64,000 nt of DNA, taken from contig CAXXMR010000013.1 of assembly GCA_963663805.2 (NCBI GenBank), positions 160,001-224,000 of the forward strand, given 5' to 3'. The translations under genes were made by a program, and so were the position numbers. Shown piece by piece: positions 50,491 through 60,725 of the stretch. Each line of letters begins with the position of its first letter. The first letter of the stretch is position 1. Below the pieces are notes generated by a model that did not search any database, was not told the DNA's origin, and was given only the letters and a program-made list of their open reading frames with translations. The DNA is from Sedimentisphaerales bacterium (lineage in GTDB: Bacteria; Planctomycetota; Phycisphaerae; Sedimentisphaerales; SM23-30).

Positions 50491-51454
50491 CAGAAGCCTC
50501 GCTTTCTTTTTTACAGGTGGGACACAGATCATCTTCCAGACACGATTCACATATCTCGGTATCACATTCAACACAGCTGGACAGGCAGCTTTCACAGTAA
50601 TCCAGCTCACAGACCGGGCAGGTCTTCAGGCAGCAGCGGCAGGCGGCGATATGACACTTAGCACAGCTGCTGAAACATTCACAGCAGAAATCATGATCGC
50701 AGATTTCACAATAATAATATTCATCACCATGAACGACATAGCCGCAGTCATAGCAGGCGATACCTTCCCAGTCGCTCAGAGCCACATAGGGTGATAAGGG
50801 GTTATAGGTCTGCAATACCGATTTGATCAGCAGGAAGGCATCACAGATACGTCCCGCGGCCAGGGCCTGCAGCAGGGAATTACCGGCATCGCCGGCACAG
50901 AGATATTCATCGTTGACATGCGGATGCGTCACACCTTCATTACCGGCCGCCGGGTGCGGATCCAGCGCTGCGATCCGGAATATACCGCAGTCCCGCAACT
51001 CATGCAGGCTGGCAATCTCCAGACGGATCTCAAAATCACCCAGGTAGATTCCTTCCAGCTCCACCGGTTCGGTAAATACCGAGAGGGTCAGTTTTTTAAG
51101 ATTACACTCGATTCGGCCAAACTCCTGCTCCAGCTGCGTAAGTTCCTCGACCAGCTGCCGCAGGGTCGGTATCTCAAACTGACAGTTATGCATCATCCTC
51201 AGTGTCTGGTCTATCGAAAAAGGCAGATCCCGCAGATTATTCTCCAGTCCCTGGCTAAGTTTCGCAGTTGCATTTGACCACTTGTGCTGCTGGCAGCCTT
51301 GCAGTTTCCGGTGATTTAGCAGCAGCATTTCCAGTTTATTGCCGACCAGGCCGGTCAGTCGCAGGACTTCACTGAGACGATACTGCCGCAGGTCAAGCAG
51401 CTGTTCCCGCAGCACCTGAGCTATGCGGATTTTATGTTTAACAGAGGTTTCCAT
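50450..51454 (-). CDS. prokaryotic E2/UBC-like protein with N-terminal coiled coil and C-terminal poly-CxxC zinc-binding region
   Basis: [13 protein letters not shown] matches the E2 HPH/N..C catalytic motif; YNPLSPY; ten CxxC units. Confidence 0.75.
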   Translation of the reverse strand: METSVKHKIRIAQVLREQLLDLRQYRLSEVLRLTGLVGNKLEMLLLNHRKLQGCQQHKWSNATAKLSQGLENNLRDLPFSIDQTLRMMHNCQFEIPTLRQLVEELTQLEQEFGRIECNLKKLTLSVFTEPVELEGIYLGDFEIRLEIASLHELRDCGIFRIAALDPHPAAGNEGVTHPHVNDEYLCAGDAGNSLLQALAAGRICDAFLLIKSVLQTYNPLSPYVALSDWEGIACYDCGYVVHGDEYYYCEICDHDFCCECFSSCAKCHIAACRCCLKTCPVCELDYCESCLSSCVECDTEICESCLEDDLCPTCKKESEASDEEESISAENEVA

Positions 51455-51537
51455 AATGGTTCCTTTCCTTGAATAAGAAAGGACATCTGCACTCATAATA
51501 AGTACAGATGCCCCGTGATTTGTAAATATCAGATATC

Positions 51538-51759
51538 TTACCGAGCCCCCTCGATCTTCGTGGGAGTCGCGGTAACCCGATCGCCTTCCTGGAGACGATA
51601 GTCCCGCGCTACCGGCTGACGGTTGACCCGGATGAGATAATCTTCCGGCTGACGGCCGGGCAGCTGCTTGTGGAAAAACTGCTCTACCGTGGTGTTTTCG
51701 GCTATGTCCAGGTAATCGGCAAAACCGCCGAGGTCGTTGTTGATAAACAAAATCTTCAT
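51538..51759 (-). CDS. ubiquitin-like beta-grasp protein (ThiS/MoaD-like) ending ..KIEGAR
   Basis: 73 aa; [25 protein letters not shown] beta-grasp pattern; AAGGA RBS. Confidence 0.82.
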   Translation of the reverse strand: MKILFINNDLGGFADYLDIAENTTVEQFFHKQLPGRQPEDYLIRVNRQPVARDYRLQEGDRVTATPTKIEGAR

Positions 51760-51987
51760 GATATGTCCTTTCGTAAAAAATGAGCTATTAGCTTAATTGG
51801 TTATTGTTTGCCTTTCTTTTTTTCCCCGCGGGCAGTTCCAGACGGCGGACCGCGCGCAGAGATTCCGTATGTTTGCATAATGAACCTTTCTAATAATTGG
51901 AGTTAAGAGATGCTTTTCGGCGGATCAGGCCAACGGTCGATAGGATTCTCTGCAAAACAACAGCAGAGCTTACGGCATTTCCGGGAA

Positions 51988-52839
51988 TTATGTTTTCTTT
52001 CGCCGGCTGAGGTCGATTCTGACCCGGTCACCCTGATTATTGATCACTTCCAGGACCGGAGGCAGGGCATCCGACTGGCTCATCATCTCATAGGCATTCC
52101 AGGCTGCTTGCGTGACATCGTCAGCCCCGACATCGATTACATACACTACCCGAAACAAATCCTTCTCATCCGGAGGGGCAGCAATCTGGTAATTCTTGGG
52201 GATGCTGGCGCCTTTCGCTTGCGGTGATAAATCACCCAGCTTTTCCGATAGGTTGTGCAATGCCTGCATCGGGTTTTCCGCCAGACTGAAAGTTACCGGC
52301 TGAGCTGCCTGAAAATCCAGCGGTCCTTGATAGGCCCAGGCTTCAAACGGCAATTCCGGATTTGCATCCTGCTGATTGCGACCCAGGACTATAAAACCTT
52401 GATCGTTCAGAAATTTGCTGATGAGATCAACTCCTGGCACCAGGTTGTCGTCATCCATATCAGGTTCGGCTTCGAAGATTTCCGCACCCAGCCGCTCATC
52501 ATGATCGGCCAGCCAGGAGGCCGCTGCGGAGATTTCATCAGGACCGGTGTAGTTTTCTTCCGTACGCAGATAATCGATCAAGCCCTGTTCGGCTCGCTCT
52601 TGACTGCTGTATGCCTGGGCGAAAGCGACCATACCCCGGTCGGCAATAGCCAGGACCCACAGCCGCTGCCGACGGGCAATACTTTCGCCCCGATGCAGAC
52701 CCCACCGGTATACTTCATGACAGCGGGGGCAAATGATACGCTTATTGTTCAATGATGCGGTGGCGAGTATTTCAACTGTAAAAACCGCCTGGGAATCACA
52801 TAAGGGATTTTGACATTTCTTCGTATTCATTATCATCAC
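51988..52839 (-). CDS. hypothetical protein with an N-terminal CxxxxC..CxxC motif
   Basis: Long ORF overlapping the upstream stop. Confidence 0.65.
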   Translation of the reverse strand: MMIMNTKKCQNPLCDSQAVFTVEILATASLNNKRIICPRCHEVYRWGLHRGESIARRQRLWVLAIADRGMVAFAQAYSSQERAEQGLIDYLRTEENYTGPDEISAAASWLADHDERLGAEIFEAEPDMDDDNLVPGVDLISKFLNDQGFIVLGRNQQDANPELPFEAWAYQGPLDFQAAQPVTFSLAENPMQALHNLSEKLGDLSPQAKGASIPKNYQIAAPPDEKDLFRVVYVIDVGADDVTQAAWNAYEMMSQSDALPPVLEVINNQGDRVRIDLSRRKKT

Positions 52840-53735
52840 CTGCCCTTCTCACTGCTCTTGAACCTATCCGGGTCGATTTCCGCCAGGGTTCTGGCCCGCC
52901 AGTGCAGATCACGTTCAATGGGCAAGCCCAGCGGTCCGCGGATCTCTTCCAGTTCACCCAGCATGAAATAGCCCAGTTCTCGCTCCATGCCATCTACCAG
53001 ACCGAAATAGCGAAAGTCAATTTCCCGACCGGATTCATCCTGAACCGGCTCTCCCTCGAGCACATACCAGGTCCAATTCGCATCCGGAGTGAAGAATTTG
53101 CAATGCACTACGGCTTTTCCGCCCTTGCCGTCCTGGCTATACAGAGGCGGCAGATTCTCGCGTATCTCCGGAGGCAGCAGTTTCATGCCGCGCCGTCGGT
53201 CGTTTTCCGCGACCTTTTTGGCCCGTTCGACAGCCGCGGTATTACCCACACATATCGTCTGCTGTGAAGATAGCCCCAGTTCCGCGGCCATACCGGAAAG
53301 ATATTCCGCCATGTTCTCGGCTTGGTCATTCCTGCTGAGCGGGTCAGATTCACAGGCCGGGATCGGCGGCGTCAAGATCTCCACCTGATCCGCCTCCAGT
53401 TCGATGACACACCTGCCGTTTTCCGGGCTGTACCATTCGAAATACGGATAATCGACATAATCCACCGGTTCCTGTCCTGCGGTCATATCACCTACCTTGC
53501 CGGTCTGTCGCTGAGCGAAACCTTCCAGATACTGTTTCGCCTGATCCGCATTTCTGGTTTCACCATCACCTCGCAGCCTAACCTTAGCGCCGCGAATATC
53601 TCGATGAAAATTCCCTTCCAAATCAAAAACTATCTTTTCTTCCATTCCGGTAAACCGCATCCAGCCGCTCACCTTACCCGGCATACCGTTATCCAGTACA
53701 CCCTCAATCAAATAACTCGTTGGTCTCCATGCCAT
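52836..53735 (-). CDS. DUF2958 domain-containing protein
   Basis: LPPLYSQD..KFFTPDANWTWY..FGLVDG..ELGYF.L.EL..IERDLHW; GAAGG RBS before MAWRP. Confidence 0.8.
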   Translation of the reverse strand: MAWRPTSYLIEGVLDNGMPGKVSGWMRFTGMEEKIVFDLEGNFHRDIRGAKVRLRGDGETRNADQAKQYLEGFAQRQTGKVGDMTAGQEPVDYVDYPYFEWYSPENGRCVIELEADQVEILTPPIPACESDPLSRNDQAENMAEYLSGMAAELGLSSQQTICVGNTAAVERAKKVAENDRRRGMKLLPPEIRENLPPLYSQDGKGGKAVVHCKFFTPDANWTWYVLEGEPVQDESGREIDFRYFGLVDGMERELGYFMLGELEEIRGPLGLPIERDLHWRARTLAEIDPDRFKSSEKGR

Positions 53736-54095
53736 AATGACACCTTCCTTTCGTTTAGTCAGACCGCCTTGAAACACCAAAGGCACATCTGCCGCTTTCA
53801 ACAGATGTGCCTTACCAGAAAAAAACGTCAATAATATTTTTAACTCAATGCCCTCTCTCTCCGACTCACTCAAAAAACTCGAATCAGTCCTTTTTCAGAC
53901 CTTATTCGTATCCCTAGAAAAATCCCGGCTGTCTTCTCAGCCTGATACAGTTTATCGTCGGGCGTTCGCTTCATACTGACCGATCCCAAGATCAGCTCTT
54001 GCATGTGCGTTCAATTACGTCCCGAGTTTGAGCAAAACCAGGTTTTGTCTTAAATTATTAGCTGTAAACATACCGTTCTTTATAAAACTTACGCC

Positions 54096-54281
54096 TCAGC
54101 CGCATGGAGTATCTTCGTGCGTATTACTTGCTGATTTCTGATGTCTGGGCGTAAACTTCCTGCCGCATTCGTTGCAGCGTCTGATCTTCCTCAACCCCAA
54201 AGTGCGGGTCTGGCGAGTGCCTTTTTTATGACTGCTGGTACTGCCGCAATACGGACAGCGGTGCGGCCTGCCTCTTCCCAT
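54096..54281 (-). CDS. small zinc-ribbon protein
   Basis: CPYCGS..KKG..RRCNECGRKFT; GAGGTG RBS. Confidence 0.65.
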   Translation of the reverse strand: MGRGRPHRCPYCGSTSSHKKGTRQTRTLGLRKIRRCNECGRKFTPRHQKSASNTHEDTPCG

Positions 54282-54339
54282 GAATATCACCTCACGAGAC
54301 CTCTGACAGCCCAGCTATATAAATCTTTGCTTTTTTCCA

Positions 54340-55476
54340 CTACATCGGTCCCGGCATCATCTCCGGCGGGCCGAAACCACCAAAAAACATACTCCCGGGC
54401 GCAGGCATCATCTCCTGCATCTCTTCCAGTTCCATCTGCTCCTGCTGCATCTGCATAGATTGATCCATGGGCAAGCCAATCGCCTGATCGATGGCCTGCT
54501 CGATCTCCTGGGCGGCTGTATCCATCATAGGGCCCGCCGGATTCTCTGGTTCAGCGTAAGTGAGTCCTCCCAGGCCAAATGATTCGAAGGCATCCGGCCC
54601 CGGCGTACCAGTCATTTCCGGCATTGCCTGGCCCTCGTCAATAACCTGCTCCAGCCCTGACATTTCGGCATAGGTTTCGCCCTCCGGCTGAGACAAAACC
54701 GACTCCAGTCCCGATCCCCCTAAATCAGCTGCAGGCAAATACGGCGCCAGATGTCCGGGAATTTGCATAGGCATCGGCTCATAAGGCAAATCATCATCCA
54801 TATACGGGTCCACACCCAGGCGATGTCTGGACTGACCGGAAACCCCGAAATACTCCGGCTGAGGGCACCACTCCTCATGATCCAAAAACTCATGAAATGC
54901 CTGCCGCAGATTCTGAATATCCTGGTGGTCAGACGGCAGAACCTTATGCAGCTGCCTCCAGGCATCCATTACATCGTTGAACTCCGGCAGGTTATCCGGA
55001 TCGAGTATACCGTTTACACTGTCTTCGGTCTTTGGGGCGAAGGCCTCGACAGATGGTTCCTTGATGAATCTGTCCACTGAAACAGGTTCCTTTTGATAAC
55101 TCTCCTCCAGCCAATCGAGGAAAAACTTGTCATAAATAGATTCCCATGACAACTTCGGCTCCTCCTCTTTTTCCTTCAGTTCCGGAAAAGGCTTGAACAG
55201 CGGCATCTCGTTATCAGCCCCAGGTAAATCCAGATCCCAATTACAGTACGTTTCGTATTCCTGATTCTGAACCGCCGGGGCGTTCAAGCGAGGCTGGTAC
55301 TCATCTTTGTTATCCCAGCCATAAAGCCGATGGTCTCTCCTGGGCCCATACGATTGCACAGCTCCAGCATATTCCGGAATCTGGATACGACCTCTGGAAA
55401 TACCGCGCGGCTGCATACCGCCGCCGCGTTTACTGTATTTGTGTAATTCATTTCTCAGACTGGGCAGCATGGTCAT
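54340..55476 (-). CDS. acidic low-complexity hypothetical protein with an M/Q/E/P-rich tail
   Basis: AAGGAG RBS; 378-aa open frame divergent from cdc6. Confidence 0.6.
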   Translation of the reverse strand: MTMLPSLRNELHKYSKRGGGMQPRGISRGRIQIPEYAGAVQSYGPRRDHRLYGWDNKDEYQPRLNAPAVQNQEYETYCNWDLDLPGADNEMPLFKPFPELKEKEEEPKLSWESIYDKFFLDWLEESYQKEPVSVDRFIKEPSVEAFAPKTEDSVNGILDPDNLPEFNDVMDAWRQLHKVLPSDHQDIQNLRQAFHEFLDHEEWCPQPEYFGVSGQSRHRLGVDPYMDDDLPYEPMPMQIPGHLAPYLPAADLGGSGLESVLSQPEGETYAEMSGLEQVIDEGQAMPEMTGTPGPDAFESFGLGGLTYAEPENPAGPMMDTAAQEIEQAIDQAIGLPMDQSMQMQQEQMELEEMQEMMPAPGSMFFGGFGPPEMMPGPM

Positions 55477-55637
55477 AGCCGAACTCCTTAAAAGTATAGA
55501 ATAACAAGTCCGATCGATTTTAGCATAAAAAGTCTCCTACAGATGATTTCAGCATGCCTTTGAAATGACATCTCACTGAACATAAAAATGAGAGTACAAA
55601 ACGGCAGGCAAAATCTTCTGGCCCTCCCAGAGCAGAC

Positions 55638-55798
55638 TTCCAGTGGAACTCGCTATCAATAACAATATAAACATTATCATATTATTATTTTCTATATGGA
55701 AATACTTCAAGCTGATTGCCGGTAACTCCTGAGCGGTGATAACAAAAACTCCAAAATCGACAACCCGTTATCGAAAAACACCGTTTCCACTCGAAAAC
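55638..55798. other. candidate Orc1/Cdc6-dependent origin or operator: ORB-like boxes flanking an AT-rich tract
   Basis: TTCCAGTGGAAC at 55638-55649, AT-rich 55655-55705, GTTTCCACTCGAAAAC at 55783-55798, just upstream of cdc6. Confidence 0.55.
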
Positions 55799-55872
55799 TA
55801 CTCTCATCCTGCCCCCAGCGAAACCTTTATATACAAGTACCTCCAGTAAAGGCATCTGGAGGTGAAGTTCTC

Positions 55873-57114
55873 ATGGAACATCCCAATGTCAAAAACAAGA
55901 TAATCAATCAGATCGAACACATGGTTCAGTCCGCCATCATCCTCAACCGGCGGTTCCTGGACGATGAACAGCTCATCCGCTCCGAACAGCTGGCTGTACT
56001 GGAAGAAATCTTCAACGCCAATGTTCGCGATGCCGAAATCAAGGAACTCAGCTGCCATTTCGCGGGTATCCTGCGGCAGGACCACCCTTGCCACCTGGCC
56101 ATCTGGGGCAAGACCGGAACCGGCAAGACCCTGACCATCAGCTATTTCCTGAACCTGCTTTCTCAGATGTGTCACCGCCGGAACATTCCGATCCGCCATG
56201 TCCACTTGGATCTTTCCAACCCTCGGCCCTGCTTTCGGGCCCTGAACGACCTGGCCTGCCTGCTCAACGCCAGTAAACGCTACGAAAAAGGCATCTCTCT
56301 GGAAGAAATGATGTTCAATATCGAATCCCGACTAGCCCGATACAAAGGTTATCTGGTCCTGTTCATCGACGAAGTGGACAATGTCCGGCATGACAAGAAC
56401 AACTTCATGACCTTCCTGGTCCGTCGCCTGCCCCAGAATATCCCCGCCAAACTCATCCTGGTACTGGTATCCAACAAACTCGACTGGCCCGATCATCTCG
56501 ACCCGCGGGTAAAATCGTTTCTCAAACTCAATGAACTGATCTTCAAACCTTATAATGCCGTCGACCTCCAGCATATTCTCCGAATACGGGTAGACAAGGC
56601 CTTACACCCCGATGCCCTGGAACCCGGAGTGATCGAAAAAATCGCGGCCCTGGCCAGCCGCGAACATGGTGATGCCCGCAAGGCGGTGGCCCTGCTGGCC
56701 CGCAGCGCTTATCTGGCCGAAAAGACCGGTTCGCAAATAACCTTGGATACTGTGGATAGAGCCTCCACGGAACTGGAAATGGACCGTTATCTCACTCTGC
56801 TGCGCAGTGCTCCTCAGCAGCTCCAGGCCGCTATGGCGGCGGTAATCGAAGGCATCCGGCACAGCCGCTCCTCGCTGATCGCCAGCGGACAGGCCTACGA
56901 TACCTATAAATCATTCTGTCATCGCGTCAACCTGCGGGTAATCACCGCCCGGGTCTTCGGTGATCTGATCGCTGAACTGGATATGTATTCCCTGCTGCGC
57001 AGCCGTATCATCTCGCGGGGCCGCTACGGCCGTACCCGGGAAATTACCCTGGAGCTGCCGTCGGAAATGACCGATCGCATCTACCAGACCATCCTGTCCA
57101 GTTTCGACAGCTGA
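55873..57114 (+). CDS. cdc6: Orc1/Cdc6-family AAA+ replication initiator (archaeal type)
   Basis: IWGKTGTGKT, FIDEVD, VSN..LDPRVKS, FKPYNAVDLQHIL..R, GDARKAVALL, winged-helix tail ELDMYSLL..SRGRYGRTREI. Confidence 0.88.
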   Translation: MEHPNVKNKIINQIEHMVQSAIILNRRFLDDEQLIRSEQLAVLEEIFNANVRDAEIKELSCHFAGILRQDHPCHLAIWGKTGTGKTLTISYFLNLLSQMCHRRNIPIRHVHLDLSNPRPCFRALNDLACLLNASKRYEKGISLEEMMFNIESRLARYKGYLVLFIDEVDNVRHDKNNFMTFLVRRLPQNIPAKLILVLVSNKLDWPDHLDPRVKSFLKLNELIFKPYNAVDLQHILRIRVDKALHPDALEPGVIEKIAALASREHGDARKAVALLARSAYLAEKTGSQITLDTVDRASTELEMDRYLTLLRSAPQQLQAAMAAVIEGIRHSRSSLIASGQAYDTYKSFCHRVNLRVITARVFGDLIAELDMYSLLRSRIISRGRYGRTREITLELPSEMTDRIYQTILSSFDS

Positions 57115-57163
57115 CCTTTACAAACCGTAAATTATATATATCAGTGTGCCCGTAAGGTCCCGT

Positions 57164-58219
57164 ATGAGACTCGAAAGCTTAGATTTTAACCTCTATGTCT
57201 GGCAGGAAACGCTCCTGCCGGACTTCATGCTCGCATTTGCGTTCTTTACGGCAATTTCATATGCGGTCCTGGGCAAGCGTCTGGAAAATCAACGCGCGGC
57301 CATAACGATCTCGGTTTGTTTCGGTACCGCGCTATCCCTGGGGCTGGTATGGTGGCTGCAAAACCGCGGGCTTTCCGTAAAGAATCTCGGGCCTATCTCC
57401 GCGGGTTTCATTATTCTGGTCCTGGCCTTGGTAATCTATCAGGCCATTCGCCGGATCGGAGGCAATTGGGCCGGGGCCGGACTGGCTCTGGGGGTCTGTC
57501 TGCTGATCGCTTCTATAATGGGGGAATCCTGGGCTGTCGATCAGCAGGCGATTTCCTCAATAATGACCACAGCTCTTATAGTGGGCATCATAGCCTTGCT
57601 TCTGCGCTCACATAATCACGCGCAGCTTTTCCTGAATCCTGCCGCAAAACCGGACATCTCCGATCTCTATCGCAATCGGCGTATTTCCCGGTCTCTGCAG
57701 CGCAACCTGAAACGCCTGGAACAGGGTAACGCTCCTCTCGATCGACAGGCAGACGAAGCCGGTAATGTCCTGCTGCAAATACAACGCCTGCTGCCCGCCG
57801 AGGGCTATCTTACCGAACGCATGGCCCAACTGCGCGCCCAGGCCCATCGTATGCGCAAGGGTCATCTGGCCCGTCTGGAAGAGACCAGAGATATCTGCCG
57901 TCAATTACCCGCCGGAAAGAAGAAGGCGGCCTCCGAACTATTGGCCCAGCGTTACCACCAGATGGCCGGACTCGATATCCGTCTGGAACGTCTGGAAAAG
58001 TCGGTATCGGATATTGAACTGGAGATTCGTGAACTTACCCGACAGGCCCAGAATTATGCTCGAAACTATAACCATCAGGCCATGCTGACCTGCCTGAAAC
58101 GGGCGGAAAAGCTCCAGAAACACAACACCCATATATTCAAACTCATCACCAGAACCGAGAACAAACTCTCAGCTCTGGCTCGACAAACCGCTCGGGAGGT
58201 AACCAAAAATGGGAAATAA
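57164..58219 (+). CDS. membrane protein (about 5 TM) with a long C-terminal coiled coil
   Basis: Hydrophobic N-terminal third; R/E/L heptads after it. Confidence 0.7.
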   Translation: MRLESLDFNLYVWQETLLPDFMLAFAFFTAISYAVLGKRLENQRAAITISVCFGTALSLGLVWWLQNRGLSVKNLGPISAGFIILVLALVIYQAIRRIGGNWAGAGLALGVCLLIASIMGESWAVDQQAISSIMTTALIVGIIALLLRSHNHAQLFLNPAAKPDISDLYRNRRISRSLQRNLKRLEQGNAPLDRQADEAGNVLLQIQRLLPAEGYLTERMAQLRAQAHRMRKGHLARLEETRDICRQLPAGKKKAASELLAQRYHQMAGLDIRLERLEKSVSDIELEIRELTRQAQNYARNYNHQAMLTCLKRAEKLQKHNTHIFKLITRTENKLSALARQTAREVTKNGK

Positions 58220-58604
58220 TACGGAATTAGCCAGTATAAGGCCGGCAAATGAACCGCCTTATCAAAACCAGAAGGAACGGCAGATAGGCCGTCTGCTCGA
58301 CAGTTACGGTCTGCCCTTCTTTTACCGGCAGCCGACCCTGGTATATCATGACCACAAAAACGAAATCTGGCGCCCGTCCTTTACTTTAAATCAAGACGGC
58401 GGGGCCGTGATAGACTATCTGGACAGCCCCAATCCAGCTGTTCTGGAACAACGAATCGAGATATACCGGTATAATCAGATACCCGCCACTGTGCTTGGCC
58501 CCCGCAGCCTGGAACAACCCAACTGGCAGCAGGATCTCTATCTTAAGTTGCGTCAGTCACTTAGAAAACCTGATTATAGTCTGGACCATTACCTCCAGAG
58601 TTAG
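58209..58604 (+). CDS. degenerate PD-(D/E)XK-like protein
   Basis: ERQIGRLL..GLPFFY..WRPSFTL..IDY resembles the E..IA..L..Y.YE..PDF.L..IEY nuclease pattern. Confidence 0.45.
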   Translation: MGNNTELASIRPANEPPYQNQKERQIGRLLDSYGLPFFYRQPTLVYHDHKNEIWRPSFTLNQDGGAVIDYLDSPNPAVLEQRIEIYRYNQIPATVLGPRSLEQPNWQQDLYLKLRQSLRKPDYSLDHYLQS

Positions 58605-58607
58605 GCA

Positions 58608-60725
58608 CTAGGAGATGTCCAGCCAAGTCTGTAAAATAATCGCTGCCGAGTCGCTCATTCCCGCATTTTCCAACGCTCTGCTGCAAGCGGCCGCGGCGGC
58701 CGGAGAGGTAGCCAGCATGATCATCTTATCGAATCTGCCCTTTCTCATATTCTCCAGGTTGGCCTTGATATCGGATTTTCCGGTCTCGACTTCTATCGCT
58801 ATGGTTTCCCCGGGCCGGCTGGCCAGAAGATCGATCGCCCCGTTGCCTTTGACCGGATGTTCCAGGGCAACCTCATAACCCTGCTGTTCATAATGACTGC
58901 GAACATGATAGACCCACCAGCGATGTTCCAGGCTCTCACGCGGTACTGGTCCAGGTTCTAGATGCTGGTCCTGGCATACCTGTCTGCCCGGCTCCGTGAG
59001 CTGATACAGCACCACCTGGCCGGTCCTAGTGGCGATGACCACCCGCTCGATTATGCCTGCCGACTCCATTGCCTGACGGATGGCATTGCCCTTGCGGCGG
59101 GAGAGACGCAGCCTCTGATACCGGTTTACTGTAGTAGAAAGAGGGTGAGTGATGATATCCATCAGGAAGCGATTTTCCTCCTTGTTGAATTCCTTTACAG
59201 GAATTTTATTCGGGATATCAGAAGTTTCTTCAGCCGATACTTCTGATATCAGGGGTACTGGTGGGTGGGGATATTCTGTATGATCTTTTTTATCGATAAT
59301 TTCTTTATTATCCGGTTCGGGAATGGCTGTAATCGGCTCTGAATTGGATAAACCCGGCTGATTATCGCTGGTATTTCCGGTAAAACTGTTAAAACGCCTC
59401 CGGACCATAGAATCACCGACCTGGCCGCTTTTAATCCGGGAAAGGGGTACTTTAATCAGGAATCCCTGCGAGAATTCATCCGCCGCCCGGACCACCGCAG
59501 TACCGACCGGCAGGGTACTCAAAGACTCTTTCTGGACATCCGAAAGGTTCATGGCGCCGGCGATAGTCTGGACGTCACTGCGAAGCTTCTGGCTCAGGGC
59601 GACGGTCGCATAAGAATTGGCAAAGGCCACTTTACTCAATAGTGAAGCGGACTGATCGATGAATACATAACCGATCCCGTATTCCCGAATCATCCGAATG
59701 CTGGTCTCTAAAACCGATTCTTTCGACTCGGCGGATTTCTTGTGCAGCAGGTTATGAGCCTCTTCCAGAATGATCATATTGGTGAGTTTCTGCTGCGGCC
59801 CCTGACTGAGCCGATAGCGGTACAGGTACAAAGTCAAGGCCTCGGAAAAGAGCACCTTGTCGTTGGCGCTGCTGAGGCCGTCCATCTCCAATACGACATT
59901 ATAGTCCAGCAGAGCTGCGACTTCCCGATTGTTCTGGGTATCGAGCACTTTACCGAACTCACCGAAGAGCAGGGACAAAAGAATACGCTCGGCACTGGTC
60001 TGCCACAACGCCGCTCGACCCTTGAGCTTACTGCTCCGCAGCCAGCCGAGCAAATCTTCTACCGTGGGCCATTGCCGAGGCCTCTGTTCATAAACACCGT
60101 ATTGCCGGTACAAATGGTCCAGACCCGAGATCAGCAGACTGATCACGCCCTCCCCGCCTAGATAGGCCTGGGCGATGATATCGACGATCAGCTTGATCCA
60201 CAAATTGGGTTCACAACCCGGAGGCGGAATGAAAGGATTGAACCGAAAAGGAGCGACATTCCGGCCGATAGTGTAAACCCGCAAATCCTCATGATGCATA
60301 GCCAGGTCACGATAACTGCGCTTCCAGTCGATGGCCAGCACCTTCAGGCCGCTCCGCATGATTCCTTCCATCAGTACAAAAGCCAGGTTGGTTTTGCCGG
60401 CCCCGCTGCGCCCGCAGAGCAGGATATGCTCCCGCAATCTCTCTTTTCGCAAACAGAACGGGTACAGATCCGCACCGCCGTAATGGACCTTACCCAGCTC
60501 GATATCCCCGGATTCACAGAACTTCCGGGACGGCGGCGGGAACGGATTGGTATCGGCCTCATAAGTTTTACCCAAATACTTGGCCGCCAGTAATTCCAGG
60601 GTCTGCTCGATATCGCCCCGGCCTTTAAGATCGGATTCGGCCAGATAGGCCCGCCACAGACGGTCGATTTTCCGGCCCAGAACCGGTTTCAGCTGCCGGC
60701 ATAACTCCTGCATCCGGGTGATCAT
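58608..60725 (-). CDS. HerA/FtsK/VirB4-superfamily (DUF87-like) ATPase fused to a winged helix and a C-terminal restriction-endonuclease-like domain
   Basis: HILLCGRSGAGKT, IDWK, FRFNP, IILEEAHN, REYGIG..DQ; tail AIDL..IAIEVETGK. Confidence 0.8.
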   Translation of the reverse strand: MITRMQELCRQLKPVLGRKIDRLWRAYLAESDLKGRGDIEQTLELLAAKYLGKTYEADTNPFPPPSRKFCESGDIELGKVHYGGADLYPFCLRKERLREHILLCGRSGAGKTNLAFVLMEGIMRSGLKVLAIDWKRSYRDLAMHHEDLRVYTIGRNVAPFRFNPFIPPPGCEPNLWIKLIVDIIAQAYLGGEGVISLLISGLDHLYRQYGVYEQRPRQWPTVEDLLGWLRSSKLKGRAALWQTSAERILLSLLFGEFGKVLDTQNNREVAALLDYNVVLEMDGLSSANDKVLFSEALTLYLYRYRLSQGPQQKLTNMIILEEAHNLLHKKSAESKESVLETSIRMIREYGIGYVFIDQSASLLSKVAFANSYATVALSQKLRSDVQTIAGAMNLSDVQKESLSTLPVGTAVVRAADEFSQGFLIKVPLSRIKSGQVGDSMVRRRFNSFTGNTSDNQPGLSNSEPITAIPEPDNKEIIDKKDHTEYPHPPVPLISEVSAEETSDIPNKIPVKEFNKEENRFLMDIITHPLSTTVNRYQRLRLSRRKGNAIRQAMESAGIIERVVIATRTGQVVLYQLTEPGRQVCQDQHLEPGPVPRESLEHRWWVYHVRSHYEQQGYEVALEHPVKGNGAIDLLASRPGETIAIEVETGKSDIKANLENMRKGRFDKMIMLATSPAAAAACSRALENAGMSDSAAIILQTWLDIS

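Noticed and set aside
48730..51759. Thiamine/molybdopterin biosynthesis or type II CBASS
   Set aside because: No thiG, moaE or sulfurtransferase, and no CD-NTase or Cap effector; the E2 and JAB genes point to protein conjugation.
54096..54290. IS1 InsA remnant
   Set aside because: Only the zinc ribbon resembles it; no InsB or IS1 terminal repeats seen.
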